This document shows, piece after piece, positions 47,089 to 56,342 of a DNA stretch of 64,000 bases. Position numbers and translations under genes: made by a program. The notes under the pieces are model-generated. The model made no database searches. It saw nothing but the letters and a program-made list of their open reading frames with translations, and was not told the DNA's origin. Numbering within the stretch: position 1 is the first letter of the stretch; every line of letters begins with the position of its first letter. This stretch comes from Methanobacteriota archaeon (GTDB lineage: Archaea; Thermoplasmatota; Thermoplasmata; UBA10834), in contig CP070736.1 of NCBI GenBank assembly GCA_020347645.1, positions 105,788 to 169,787 of the forward strand. Direction: 5' to 3'.

Positions 47089-47628
47089 CTAGAGTGTCTC
47101 CCGACGTTCCGCACCAACCTTGAACGCCACACCGATACAATCGCGCAGACGCGGACATTCGATGCTCTTCGCCTCTTCGCATGCCTTTGTGATGACGGCC
47201 GACTTGTCACACATGAATCCGGTTGGATCTTCCAGGAGTTGATGACGCATCTTGGCGGTCAAGCAGGGAGCGCTGGCTCTGCATGTCTGACACTTCTTGT
47301 CTGACGGTCTCCAATGCATCGACAGAGCACGGTTCATAGCGGCCAGGTCAGAGGCCGCAGCGAAGACGGGCGCCAGGCTTGGTCCCCTATATCTTCTGTG
47401 CGTGTGTCGCTTTAGAACCACTGTCTCCGGTGTCGCTTCGGAGGACAATATCTGCAGTATCCCAGCGAGGCATCTGTTGTTGGCAAGGTCCTGGGCACCC
47501 GGACAGGTGTCACAATCCACCTCTAGACAGAGTTCCTCATGATCGTTGTACTCGTGTGGGCACTTCGACTCGCGACTGAGCGCCGGGATGAGCTTCTTCC
47601 TCCCAGTCGGAATCGAGCCGCCAACCAT
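47089..47628 (-). CDS. Cys-rich protein upstream of the secretion ATPase
   Basis: VDCDTC...RCLAGIL, KKCQTC..C; its stop abuts the ATPase ATG in frame. Confidence 0.65.
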   Translation of the reverse strand: MVGGSIPTGRKKLIPALSRESKCPHEYNDHEELCLEVDCDTCPGAQDLANNRCLAGILQILSSEATPETVVLKRHTHRRYRGPSLAPVFAAASDLAAMNRALSMHWRPSDKKCQTCRASAPCLTAKMRHQLLEDPTGFMCDKSAVITKACEEAKSIECPRLRDCIGVAFKVGAERRETL

Positions 47629-47728
47629 GGCATGCTAATCCGGGTATTGAGCGCTTCTATTCATTCCGCAGGTGTAGTCTGCGTGTAGCACGTATTGGTC
47701 TTCCACATGTGCAGCAGACATATCTTCC

Positions 47729-48184
47729 GTGCGGAACGATATCAAAGGGGTTGGAGGATTCTTCGAGGACCTGCCTGTATTGGCATTCGTCCTGACAGGC
47801 TCCTTTCTGGTGATTGGAATGAATGTCTGGGTTGCGGGACAACGGGAGGCTCACGATGTCTTGCGCCTGTTGGATGAATCGGCCGAGGAATTGGCCGACG
47901 CAGTCGTCATGGAGCTGACGGCAGGAGGGCACTCGGTGGTTCCCCTCGATTCCGTCAGGCTCTTGAATTCTTCCTCGTTCCTGCCACTGCATTTGTCATT
48001 GGCGTCGTGGACCGTGTCTTTATCCCTCATCCACCCCGCTCAGATACCCCTGGCGACTTGGCAAGGTGGGCATGCGCCTCCGGATTCGGACGCTGGGTGG
48101 CACAGCACTCTGTTCAACGTCCTTTGCAGCAGATCTTGCGTCGGAGTCGCAGAGGTGGTGGCCGTTGTCTATGGGAACGGATAG
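47729..48184 (+). CDS. Pilin-like protein (class III signal peptide-like N terminus)
   Basis: MRNDIKG|VGGFFEDLPVLAFVLTGSFLVIG; divergent from the ATPase operon. Confidence 0.55.
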   Translation: MRNDIKGVGGFFEDLPVLAFVLTGSFLVIGMNVWVAGQREAHDVLRLLDESAEELADAVVMELTAGGHSVVPLDSVRLLNSSSFLPLHLSLASWTVSLSLIHPAQIPLATWQGGHAPPDSDAGWHSTLFNVLCSRSCVGVAEVVAVVYGNG

Positions 48185-48731
48185 TGACGACTCCGGGCAG
48201 ATAACCCTCATGGATGCCATGGTGTTCTTTGCCATAATGCTGATAATATGCTCGATCCAACTGAGCGCGCTGAGTAGAGACATGTGGTCGGACGATCAGC
48301 TTATCGAGCCCACTGGAAGAGGCGACCCCAGCAGCGTTCTTTCGGTGCTTATGAGAGCGTCAATCGGCGTGGGATCTTCAATCCGGATTGATGGTGGATT
48401 ATCAGTGCCCCCAGACACCCTGGTATCTGAGTGTCTTGCGGTTGAGGCTGCTTCTCTCGTGGGCGGCATAGCCGAGACGGCTTTCTGCGTCCTCAACGGA
48501 GTCATAATCAGCATCATGACTAACTTGACACATCCTCTGACGAAGCCTCATCTCATACTCAACCGCCACACTGAAGACGGTATGTTCGTTCTTCTCAGGC
48601 TTGAAAACGACCTCCTCGAATCGGTCGATGTGACTGCCGCAGACTGTGACCTCCCGAGCTGTGCAGAGGACAGAATAACGGTTTCTCTATTGCTAGAGCC
48701 AGCCCTTCTTCCTGAAAGTCGGGATGTCTGA
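48171..48731 (+). CDS. Pilin-like protein (G|Q-type signal peptide)
   Basis: MGTDSDDSG|QITLMDAMVFFAIMLIICS; overlaps the preceding gene; GAGGTGG upstream. Confidence 0.55.
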   Translation: MGTDSDDSGQITLMDAMVFFAIMLIICSIQLSALSRDMWSDDQLIEPTGRGDPSSVLSVLMRASIGVGSSIRIDGGLSVPPDTLVSECLAVEAASLVGGIAETAFCVLNGVIISIMTNLTHPLTKPHLILNRHTEDGMFVLLRLENDLLESVDVTAADCDLPSCAEDRITVSLLLEPALLPESRDV

Positions 48732-49046
48732 TTTGGTCGCCTTTATGCGTGAACGTGCAATCCTCTCTCCCCGTGAGATTTCTATTGCCTGCACTGCGAA
48801 GCAGGCCACGAGACAGGCAATTCCCCCGTAGAGGAAGATGTTGTCATGCGTTCGAGTATAGATGAATATGGTAACGAACACGGCGAGCACGAGGAAGTAC
48901 ACCGTGTAGGACAGATTCGTTCGAGGCACAATGATTTCCCTGCCATCGTAGCGGCAGCGTGCGCACCGCGGGCGCATGCTGTACCAGGGCTTTACACGCA
49001 GCTCCTTGCACTTGTGGCAGTAGACGAACTTCACGGTTGCGGTCAT
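48693..49046 (-). CDS. Small Zn-ribbon membrane protein
   Basis: YCHKC...RCARC followed by two TM helices and a basic tail. Confidence 0.6.
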   Translation of the reverse strand: MTATVKFVYCHKCKELRVKPWYSMRPRCARCRYDGREIIVPRTNLSYTVYFLVLAVFVTIFIYTRTHDNIFLYGGIACLVACFAVQAIEISRGERIARSRIKATKSDIPTFRKKGWL

Positions 49047-49129
49047 TGGCACATTTGGTATATATTGTCGGCGGCCCGGCCACAATAAAGGTTCTATCAT
49101 ATGTAGCCCATCTATTTTACGCGACGGAT

Positions 49130-49369
49130 ATGTGTCCCGAAGACGAATACACTCAGGAGGAGCGGAAGGTGCTGGCTTCTCTCAGGAGGTCTTCAGGGCG
49201 CACCTGCATTCATTGCGAGTGGTTCAGCCAGAGGGGGAACAATCGTGGATGCTTCCCAGACGGCAAGTACCGCAAGTTCCTTTCTGCCTCCGAGTACGCG
49301 GCTGGCTGCGATTCTTTCAGGGCTACAAATCGGAGGTTGGCTGACGCGTCCTGCAGACAGAGGTCTTGA
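49130..49369 (+). CDS. Small Cys-containing hypothetical protein
   Basis: MCPEDEYTQEERKVL...TCIHCEWF...GCF...GCDSF; divergent from the previous gene. Confidence 0.45.
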   Translation: MCPEDEYTQEERKVLASLRRSSGRTCIHCEWFSQRGNNRGCFPDGKYRKFLSASEYAAGCDSFRATNRRLADASCRQRS

Positions 49370-49482
49370 GACGTTGGATAGCCTTCCTTCGGCCTAGGAG
49401 GATAGTATTCGTGTGCCATCTCGATCGACCTTTGACTGCCAATCTTAAAAGCAATATGACTTGTTCGCCATTCGCGCCAGTG

Positions 49483-49570
49483 TGGTGCAGGGGCGCGGAT
49501 TCGAACCGCGGAACCACTTCTGGACAAGGTCCTAAGCCTTGCGCCGTTGACCTGGCTTGGCTACCCCTGC
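49483..49570 (-). tRNA. tRNA-Leu(TAG), CCA encoded
   Basis: Reverse complement GCAGGGG...CAAGG-CTTAGGA-CCTTG...GGTTCGAATCC..CCCCTGC-ACCA with long variable arm. Confidence 0.96.
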
Positions 49571-49655
49571 ACGCTGTGTTCCCATCGATTGTGTGTGATG
49601 AATACATCGATATATGAATGAATCGAACGCGTGATTTCGTGAACTCTGATGGACC

Positions 49656-50099
49656 TCAGGCCACTCTGGAAACGACGAACTCAGTCACATTTCGAATCGC
49701 TATCGGCTTCCTTGCGGGAAAAGCCGCTACCTTGATTCTGATCGCAATAGCGTCGTCGTCGCGTGCGAGCGTGACCTCCTCTTCGAACGCCTTCTGCTTG
49801 TCCAATCTGATGAAGAGTCTGCAGGACTCATCGATCCTGGAGTCGATCGTGTCGAGTATCTCCTGCTTATCCGATGAATTCAGACGCTCGAAAAGCAGTT
49901 TGGCATGGCGGCTGCCCTTCGAGCGCGCCTCAATTACGAATATTTCGTTCCCGTGATGGCCCTGTGTACGGGATACATCGAGCTGGACCTCGCCCACCGC
50001 GTTCAACACCGCCTGCTCGACTCGCTCCCTCATTTCCGTTGCATGGCAGAGGGCACGTACACGCATCGATGCAAACGGCTCTCTTTCAGCTCCGTCCAC
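49656..50099 (-). CDS. DUF54-like predicted RNA-binding protein
   Basis: LCHATE...V, GHHGNEI, LFIRLDKQKAF, IKVAAFPA. Confidence 0.82.
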   Translation of the reverse strand: MDGAEREPFASMRVRALCHATEMRERVEQAVLNAVGEVQLDVSRTQGHHGNEIFVIEARSKGSRHAKLLFERLNSSDKQEILDTIDSRIDESCRLFIRLDKQKAFEEEVTLARDDDAIAIRIKVAAFPARKPIAIRNVTEFVVSRVA

Positions 50100-50232
50100 G
50101 AATCAGCATGCACCGACCATGTATGTAAAGAGAGTGCTGCCGCTGGCGCATGAACAACCGACTGCCAGGTTGACAAGCCTCCCGTAGTTCGGTGAATGCT
50201 TAATATGTCAAAGGTGCTAACATGAAGAGAGG

Positions 50233-50799
50233 GTGCATTCATTGATAGAAGTCAGGTTCCACGGCAGAGGCGGCCAGGGAGTGGTGGTCGCTTCCGAGGT
50301 CCTGGCGAATGCGGCTTTTAGGGAAGGCTTCGAGGTCGCGGCCTTCCCATACTTCGGTGTCGAACGCAGGGGCGCGCCCGTGACTGCGTATGCGAGGTTC
50401 GACAGAAAGCCTATAAGACTGAGGTCGAGCATCTATGAGCCGGATTATGTAGTAGTCCTTGACAGTTCGCTGATGAGGGGCATCGATCTCATGGGAGGAT
50501 TGAAGAAGGGTGGGATAGTTCTGATCAACTACCCGGACGGAAAGGCCCTCCCCAGGCTTGCGTCCGATTTCAGGTACTTCACGCTGGACGCAACATCAAT
50601 AGCAGCAGAACACAGGATAGGATCCAAAGTGTCGCCGATCGTGAACACAGCGATAATGGGGGGCTTCGCTCGCGCATGTGAAGATATCTCCCTCGAATCG
50701 ATGCTTGCGAGCATACGCGACAGAGCTCCGACCAAGAAGGACGCGAACGTCGCAGCCGCCCAGGTCGCCTATGACCGGACGCGGGAGGTGTTTGTCTGA
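50233..50799 (+). CDS. porG: Pyruvate/ketoisovalerate:ferredoxin oxidoreductase gamma subunit
   Basis: EVRFHGRGGQG, FPYFGVERRGAPV, PIVNTAIMG. Confidence 0.93.
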   Translation: MHSLIEVRFHGRGGQGVVVASEVLANAAFREGFEVAAFPYFGVERRGAPVTAYARFDRKPIRLRSSIYEPDYVVVLDSSLMRGIDLMGGLKKGGIVLINYPDGKALPRLASDFRYFTLDATSIAAEHRIGSKVSPIVNTAIMGGFARACEDISLESMLASIRDRAPTKKDANVAAAQVAYDRTREVFV

Positions 50800-51068
50800 G
50801 CTCGTCATACGAGGATCTGCCGTTGACACCGATCTCAGACACACCGAGCACCATGAACAAGACAGGTCTCTGGAGGGTTATCTTTCCCAAGGTTGATGAG
50901 GAGAAATGCAGGAGATGCGCGATCTGCTGGAAGTTCTGTCCAGACGCAGCCATTCAACTGGTGGATGGAGTGCCCCATATAATCCTGGATTTCTGCAAGG
51001 GCTGCGGCATATGCGCTAACGAGTGCCCGGCGAAATGCATAGCAATGGTAGAGGAGGGCGAGAGATGA
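50796..51068 (+). CDS. porD: POR/VOR delta subunit (ferredoxin)
   Basis: NKTGLWR..P, CRRCAICWKFCP, CKGCGICANECP; probable CTG start after GGAGGTG (ORF-track start 50823). Confidence 0.9.
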   Translation: MSSSYEDLPLTPISDTPSTMNKTGLWRVIFPKVDEEKCRRCAICWKFCPDAAIQLVDGVPHIILDFCKGCGICANECPAKCIAMVEEGER

Positions 51069-52252
51069 GGACGGTGATGACTGGCAACTACGCGTCAGCC
51101 TATGGTGCCAAGGCTGCCCGTGCGGAGGTCATCGCGGCATATCCAATCACGCCTCAGACTTCGATAGTGGAGAAACTCGCTGAGTTCGTTTCTAGTGGCG
51201 AATTGAATGCCAAGTTCATCCCTGTTGAGAGCGAGCACAGCGCAATGGCGGCATGCATCTCAGCTTCCGTGACAGGAGCGAGGACCTACACTGCTACGAG
51301 CTCTCATGGACTCACACTCATGCACGAGGTTCTGATGTGGGCGTCGGGCGCGAGATCGCCTATAGTGATGACGAATGTCAGCCGGGCAATGGCTCCGCCG
51401 TGGAGCGTATGGGCGGACCACATGGATTCCGTCGCTCAGAGAGATACTGGCTGGATGCAGTTCTTCTGTGAAAGCAACCAGGAGGTTTTGGACACCGTCC
51501 TTATGGCGTACAAGGTCGCCGAAAGCAGAGACGTTATGCTGCCTGCGATGATCATAGAGGATGCGTTCATACTGTCACACACCTCCGAGCCAGTGGATGT
51601 TCCTGAACAGTCGCAGGTTGATACGTTTCTGCCGAGGTATGATCCCGAGATGAGGCTTGAAATCGGCCGGCCTATGGGCTTCGGATCGCTCGTAAAACCC
51701 GACCTGTACATGGAGTTTCGCTACAAGGCCATGAAGGCCATGGAGTCTTCGCGCGAGAGGATTTTGAAAGTTGAGGAGGAGTTCAGAAAGACCTTCGGCC
51801 GCAGCTACGGCGGCCTTCTGGACGAATACAGATGCGAGGATGCGGAGGTTGTCGTGGTTGTCGCAGGGTCCGCTGCTGGCACTGCCAGGGAGGCCGTGGA
51901 CGCGATGAACGAAAGGGGAGTACCGGTGGGTCTGGCGAGGTTGAGGACATTCCGCCCATTTCCAGAAGACGAGCTCAGGAATCTTGCGAAGAAGGTTCGC
52001 GGCATAGCGGTGATTGACAGGAGCTACACTTTCGGCGCGGCGGGCGCGTTCTATACTGAGTTATGCGGCTCCCTTTTTCCGCTAAGAGAACGACCAGTAG
52101 TCAAGAATTACATCGCTGGGCTAGGTGGCAGGGACATCACCCCCAAGATAATCGAGAAGATAATCGAAGACATAATCGACGTCTCAGAACGAGGTGAGGA
52201 CGTGGAACCAGAATGGGTTGAAGTCAAAGGCCTCGACAGGAGCTGGCAGTGA
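51065..52252 (+). CDS. porA: POR/VOR alpha subunit
   Basis: GNYA, AAYPITPQT, VESEHSAM, TATSSHGL, GLGGRDI. Confidence 0.94.
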   Translation: MRTVMTGNYASAYGAKAARAEVIAAYPITPQTSIVEKLAEFVSSGELNAKFIPVESEHSAMAACISASVTGARTYTATSSHGLTLMHEVLMWASGARSPIVMTNVSRAMAPPWSVWADHMDSVAQRDTGWMQFFCESNQEVLDTVLMAYKVAESRDVMLPAMIIEDAFILSHTSEPVDVPEQSQVDTFLPRYDPEMRLEIGRPMGFGSLVKPDLYMEFRYKAMKAMESSRERILKVEEEFRKTFGRSYGGLLDEYRCEDAEVVVVVAGSAAGTAREAVDAMNERGVPVGLARLRTFRPFPEDELRNLAKKVRGIAVIDRSYTFGAAGAFYTELCGSLFPLRERPVVKNYIAGLGGRDITPKIIEKIIEDIIDVSERGEDVEPEWVEVKGLDRSWQ

Positions 52253-53169
52253 TGTCCAAGACTACGATACCTGAGGAAGAGTACGCTTATCCTGGGAGCA
52301 CTGGCTGCCCTGGATGCGGCGCCAACCTCGTAATGAGATACCTGCTCAAAGGCCTCGGCGAACGCACCGTCATATCGATACCTGCATGCTGCTGGGCGGT
52401 CATGCCCGGATACTGGCCTAGTCACTGCCTCAAGGTGCCGTTGGTGTACTGCGCTTTCGAGGCCACGGGGGCTTCAATATCCGGCATACGGGCTGCGTTG
52501 GACATGAGGGGCGAAAGGGACGTGACCGTCGTGGGATTCGCAGGGGACGGCGGAACGGTGGACATCGGCCTCCAGGCGCTGTCCGGTGCGGCGGAGAGAC
52601 AGACCGATGCAGTCTATGTCATGTATGATAACGAAGCGTACATGAACACGGGCATCCAACGCAGCGGCGCCACGCCCTGGGGCGCATGGACTACCACCAC
52701 GCCAGTGGACGAAAGCAGAGGGTTCAAGCAAGAGCCCAAGAAGAACGTGATGGCCATAATGGAAGCGCATGGAATACCCTACGCGGCAACGGTGTCTGTT
52801 GGGCACCCCGAGGATTTCGTCAAGAAGGTCCGCAAGGCGAGGGATGTGCGCGGGCTGAGGTTCATACATGCATTATCTCCTTGCCCTCCAGGATGGCGCA
52901 TGAACCCGATGAAAACCATCGAAGTGGCAAGACTTGCAGTGGACACGAGGATCTTTCCTCTCTACGAGATCGATGAGGGTGTCCTGGCAATCACCCGTCG
53001 CGGGAAGGGGAAGCCCGTCTCAGAGTACTTGTCACTGCAGGGCAGGTTCGGTCACCTGACGCCGGAGAATACGGCGGAAATCCAGAAAGTGATCGACGCC
53101 AGGTTCGAAGCCCTCGAGGCGAGAGCTGCCCGGAAAAATCTGAGCCCGTCATTTACACAACTCGCATGA
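52249..53169 (+). CDS. porB: POR/VOR beta subunit
   Basis: CPGCG, AGDGGT.DIG.QALSG, YDNEAYMNTGIQRS, PCPPGW. Confidence 0.94.
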   Translation: MMSKTTIPEEEYAYPGSTGCPGCGANLVMRYLLKGLGERTVISIPACCWAVMPGYWPSHCLKVPLVYCAFEATGASISGIRAALDMRGERDVTVVGFAGDGGTVDIGLQALSGAAERQTDAVYVMYDNEAYMNTGIQRSGATPWGAWTTTTPVDESRGFKQEPKKNVMAIMEAHGIPYAATVSVGHPEDFVKKVRKARDVRGLRFIHALSPCPPGWRMNPMKTIEVARLAVDTRIFPLYEIDEGVLAITRRGKGKPVSEYLSLQGRFGHLTPENTAEIQKVIDARFEALEARAARKNLSPSFTQLA

Positions 53170-54259
53170 GCCTCTTCCTCCCCCGGCCAGTAAGGACTTT
53201 CATTGGCATCCTGAGATTCTCATCAACGTCCTCATCGCCCGTGTCCACATGAAGGACAGGAGTTCCCCGCAGCTTGGTCGGAGTCGCGACAACGACTATT
53301 CCTCTAGCGCCGACGCGTCTTATGACTTCAGGAGACAACTGCTGGTTGCCTCGGCCAAAGATGAATCCCTGGGAACCTATGGGCGTGACCACGATTCTCC
53401 GACGATCATGCTTCCTCAGCAGATCCAGAATGTCGCTTTCGGTCATGTCGCGGTCAACCAGCCTTCGGTCGATGTAGGCATCGACTCCTAGCGAAGTCTT
53501 CTCCTGACCGATTGCCGAGGCGATGGCTTCCGTAGTGCTGCCTGGGCCAACGAGATAGAGTATGCCAGGCTCCATAGTCTCAGCTATGAAGGCCCCTAGT
53601 TCTTCTGCTTCGGCCGACGCAGTCTTGTCGTAGAACGCCGACTTGCTCGACTGAAGGTGCATCGTGTCATCCACCACTCGCGCAATCGAGAACAGGCGAG
53701 GCCGCGCTCTCCCTGCACGGAACTCGTCTTCGTCGACGTCCAGCACCTCAGCGTCCCTAGTCTGCCCCGTCTTGGCGTAGGACTCAACAAGATGCGCAGC
53801 ATCCTCGGGGCTTAGGGCGAAAACGGAGGAATGCATCTTCACTCCGCCCGGAATGCCCACAAGGGTTACGCTGGTTCCGACCTCCTCAACGATGTCTCTT
53901 GCAGTTCCGTCGCCTCCGCAGAAGAGCAATAGGTCGACGCCTCTATCGGCGAATGCTTTCGCCGCCTGCTTCGTATCGAGAGCAGTTGTGACCTCGCCAG
54001 GAATATGAATGACTTCGAAGTCCAGTCCTTCGGCGCGGAGCAGGTCCCCGCCCATGTCTCCAAAACACGTCAAGAATCCCAGATCCAGGTCCTTGGCTCG
54101 CAGCGCATGAATCGTGATCGAAGCTCTGTCGGGCGCAGACTTTGACGCCCCGCGCCTGACAGCCTCCTCCTGGGTATCGGCGCCGTCTGTGCCCTTCAGA
54201 CCGACGCTGCCGCCCATACCCGCTATGGGATTAACGAGAAAGCCGATGATGACCGTCAC
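53153..54259 (-). CDS. ATP-NAD kinase family protein (AcoX-like)
   Basis: GFLVNPIAGMGG.VGLKGTDG, GGDGTARD, GVKMHS, QGFIFGRGNQQ, VDTGD. Confidence 0.88.
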   Translation of the reverse strand: MTVIIGFLVNPIAGMGGSVGLKGTDGADTQEEAVRRGASKSAPDRASITIHALRAKDLDLGFLTCFGDMGGDLLRAEGLDFEVIHIPGEVTTALDTKQAAKAFADRGVDLLLFCGGDGTARDIVEEVGTSVTLVGIPGGVKMHSSVFALSPEDAAHLVESYAKTGQTRDAEVLDVDEDEFRAGRARPRLFSIARVVDDTMHLQSSKSAFYDKTASAEAEELGAFIAETMEPGILYLVGPGSTTEAIASAIGQEKTSLGVDAYIDRRLVDRDMTESDILDLLRKHDRRRIVVTPIGSQGFIFGRGNQQLSPEVIRRVGARGIVVVATPTKLRGTPVLHVDTGDEDVDENLRMPMKVLTGRGRKRLMRVV

Positions 54260-54459
54260 AGAGACGAGAGAGTCATTGACTGATAAAAACGGTTCGCGGG
54301 TCGGCATCGAAGATGCCTCTGAAGCGAAATTTCTGAAGGAAAGCCAGTATGACGGTGAGCACCATGGAGCGCCTGCGCCCTGCAGGCAGAGGATCTGGGC
54401 GAGAGCAGGAGCGCCTCGTAACGGGCTAGAGGGCTACTGGCTATGCGCAGAGGCGGAGT

Positions 54460-55251
54460 TCATCCGAACATATGCGGCTCGTAGCTCTCGAACGCTGGCG
54501 TGAGGTCTGCATGAATGAGTCTCTCGTCCGCAGGTTCGTTGGGAGGGACTACTATCGGCTCCTCGATGGCATCCGCGTAGCCAGAGATGTCGTGCATGAG
54601 AGTGTTGACATAGGAACTTGTCTGGCTGGTGATGGTCTGGACGATTTTGACTACGCTCTTCTCCATGATGTTCATCGCTTCGGACATGGGGAGGCCTCTC
54701 GCCCCTTCCATCGCGGCGAGTTTGTTGTTGTCGAGGACAACTGTGAAGTCCGCCGCATTCCTTAGTCGCTCGACGCCGTCCGTCGCAATCCTGGTTTTCT
54801 GTCCTCCTTCGACCGCGAAAGGCATTATCGGGATGGCAAACGTAAGCGCGTTGAGCTCCTTCGCCACGGTCGCGACGACTGGGGAGACTCCCGTGCCCGT
54901 GCCTCCGCCCATGCCAGCCACAACAAATATAATGTCGTAGCTCCTGAGCGCTTCACGCAGCACCTGACGCGCCTTCTCCGCACAATGCTCTCCTATCTCA
55001 GGAAATCCGCCTGCATCCTGGCCGAAAGTCACGTCTTTCCCTATCAGAATCCTCTTATGGGCGTCAATCCTCCGCAGGTGTTCCTCGTCGGTGTTCACGG
55101 CAATAGTCTCTATTCTGGTCAAGCCCCAGTAGATTCCGTGTACGATGTTCGACCCGGCACCTCCGCATCCCACGACTGCGATCGACGGCTCTCCCAAAGA
55201 GACACCTATTGCGTTGATTAGATCTCCAACCTTGCTCCCATCCTCTGTCAT
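54460..55251 (-). CDS. ftsZ: FtsZ-family GTPase, N-terminal domain only (263 aa)
   Basis: VVGCGGAGSN, AVNTD, AGMGGGTGTG, PFAVEG, LDNNKL; degenerate T7 loop and no C-terminal domain. Confidence 0.85.
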   Translation of the reverse strand: MTEDGSKVGDLINAIGVSLGEPSIAVVGCGGAGSNIVHGIYWGLTRIETIAVNTDEEHLRRIDAHKRILIGKDVTFGQDAGGFPEIGEHCAEKARQVLREALRSYDIIFVVAGMGGGTGTGVSPVVATVAKELNALTFAIPIMPFAVEGGQKTRIATDGVERLRNAADFTVVLDNNKLAAMEGARGLPMSEAMNIMEKSVVKIVQTITSQTSSYVNTLMHDISGYADAIEEPIVVPPNEPADERLIHADLTPAFESYEPHMFG

Positions 55252-55349
55252 CTTTATCTGGCCTCCGTTTGTTCATCGTCCGAACGCGAGGGGGCGTCCC
55301 TGGCAAGAGACTCCATTCCGGACAATGCGCCCTCAAAGCGGTGCCGTCT

Positions 55350-55733
55350 TCATGTCTTCGGAACTACCTTCATCGCGCTTCTCTGTTGGACGGCATCCTT
55401 CTTCACCGCCTCCACGTGCTCCTCGTGGAGGAACTGATGTCTGGCACAGTCTGCCAGTGCCTCGGATATCGAGGTGTAGACCCCCTCGTCCACCAGATGG
55501 TTGATTGTGTCCAGCACGAGCGGCGGCAGCAGTACCACCGTCTCGTTTGGCCTTCTGGAAGTTCCGTCTTCAGCGCTCGTCACCCTTTCATCTATGTATG
55601 CAGATACTGCGGCGCGAGCAAGCTGTGATCTGTTTGAGAACTCGCGGCTGCCGGCAACGAACTCGTCCATCAGCTTCAGTATATCGGAATCGAGCCGCAG
55701 CGTTATCCTCTCGTTCTCCAACACATCAGACAT
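55350..55733 (-). CDS. Tandem ribbon-helix-helix regulator (CdrS-like)
   Basis: ERITLRL...MDEFV..EFSNRSQLARAAV and a second unit LVDEGVYTSISEAL; directly upstream of ftsZ. Confidence 0.82.
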   Translation of the reverse strand: MSDVLENERITLRLDSDILKLMDEFVAGSREFSNRSQLARAAVSAYIDERVTSAEDGTSRRPNETVVLLPPLVLDTINHLVDEGVYTSISEALADCARHQFLHEEHVEAVKKDAVQQRSAMKVVPKT

Positions 55734-55770
55734 GTGTGCATCCCATCCCGGCTTATCGACGCACTCCAAG

Positions 55771-55837
55771 ATATGTCATACATTCGTATATATAGGTATG
55801 CAAAATGTCACATTTTGTCTGAAAAGGTCATATTGTC
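55771..55837 (-). promoter_or_regulatory. RHH-ftsZ promoter with palindrome and repeated GTCA half-sites
   Basis: TATATATA 55787-94; CAAAATGT-C-ACATTTTG 55801-17; related ATATGTCATA (55771) and AAAGGTCATA (55823). Confidence 0.6.
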
Positions 55838-55962
55838 GTTTGAGACCGCTCGCGCAACGCACTGGCTCTTGGCAGGAACGACTGTATCAGCGGCATCATA
55901 AGGATTAAATGGGGGGTCTATCATGAGCCTCAAACGGCCAAGGAACAGGGTGAATTCATCTT

Positions 55963-56268
55963 ATGAACATAGACTCATTAAACGAACAGAGGCCTTCAGG
56001 CTCAAGGTGGGTCGTTGCAGTCTCCGTCATAGTCGGCATATCTCTCTTTGTCGCGGGTTTCGCTTTGACCTTGTCCGCCCTCCGCGGCGAAGCAGTTGCT
56101 GGAATTGACGGGACGAATGGAGTTGATGTGAACTCCAACAATATCAAGGATCTTTCGGGCGAAGGCTTCCCTCTTGTAATCGGTCTAACCCTCAGTATGA
56201 TCGGCGTTGTCGTGGCGACGGTTGTACCAGCCTCTGCATTCATCAAACGCGTCGACCACGACGCCTGA
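55963..56268 (+). CDS. Hypothetical 2-TM membrane protein
   Basis: Two hydrophobic helices; TATA-like ATTAAAT upstream. Confidence 0.55.
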   Translation: MNIDSLNEQRPSGSRWVVAVSVIVGISLFVAGFALTLSALRGEAVAGIDGTNGVDVNSNNIKDLSGEGFPLVIGLTLSMIGVVVATVVPASAFIKRVDHDA

Positions 56269-56342
56269 AGACCTTCTCGTTTTGCGACTACTCAACATAT
56301 TTATGCGGAATGAACATTCCGATGTCAAGCTGGCTGAGTTCA

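Noticed and set aside
42946-47091. Pyrrolysine/amber recoding suggested by two in-frame TAG-ATG junctions (42946-51 and 47091-86)
   Set aside because: TAG is an ordinary stop here (SAMP right after its terminal GG, trm1, rbr, fttA, rfcL), both downstream ATGs have RBS-like purines, and no pyl genes are in the window.
26918-49570. tRNA-Ser or tRNA-Leu as integration (att) sites
   Set aside because: No duplicated tRNA 3' ends were noticed, the flanking genes look chromosomal, and the recombinase is 9-12 kb away.
54303-54416. Second C/D-like RNA or riboswitch between ftsZ and the NAD-kinase gene
   Set aside because: CTGA and several hairpins (GGCATC/GATGCC, GCCTGC/GCAGGC) are present, but there is no proper C box or terminal D box; compatible with GC-rich 3' UTR structure.
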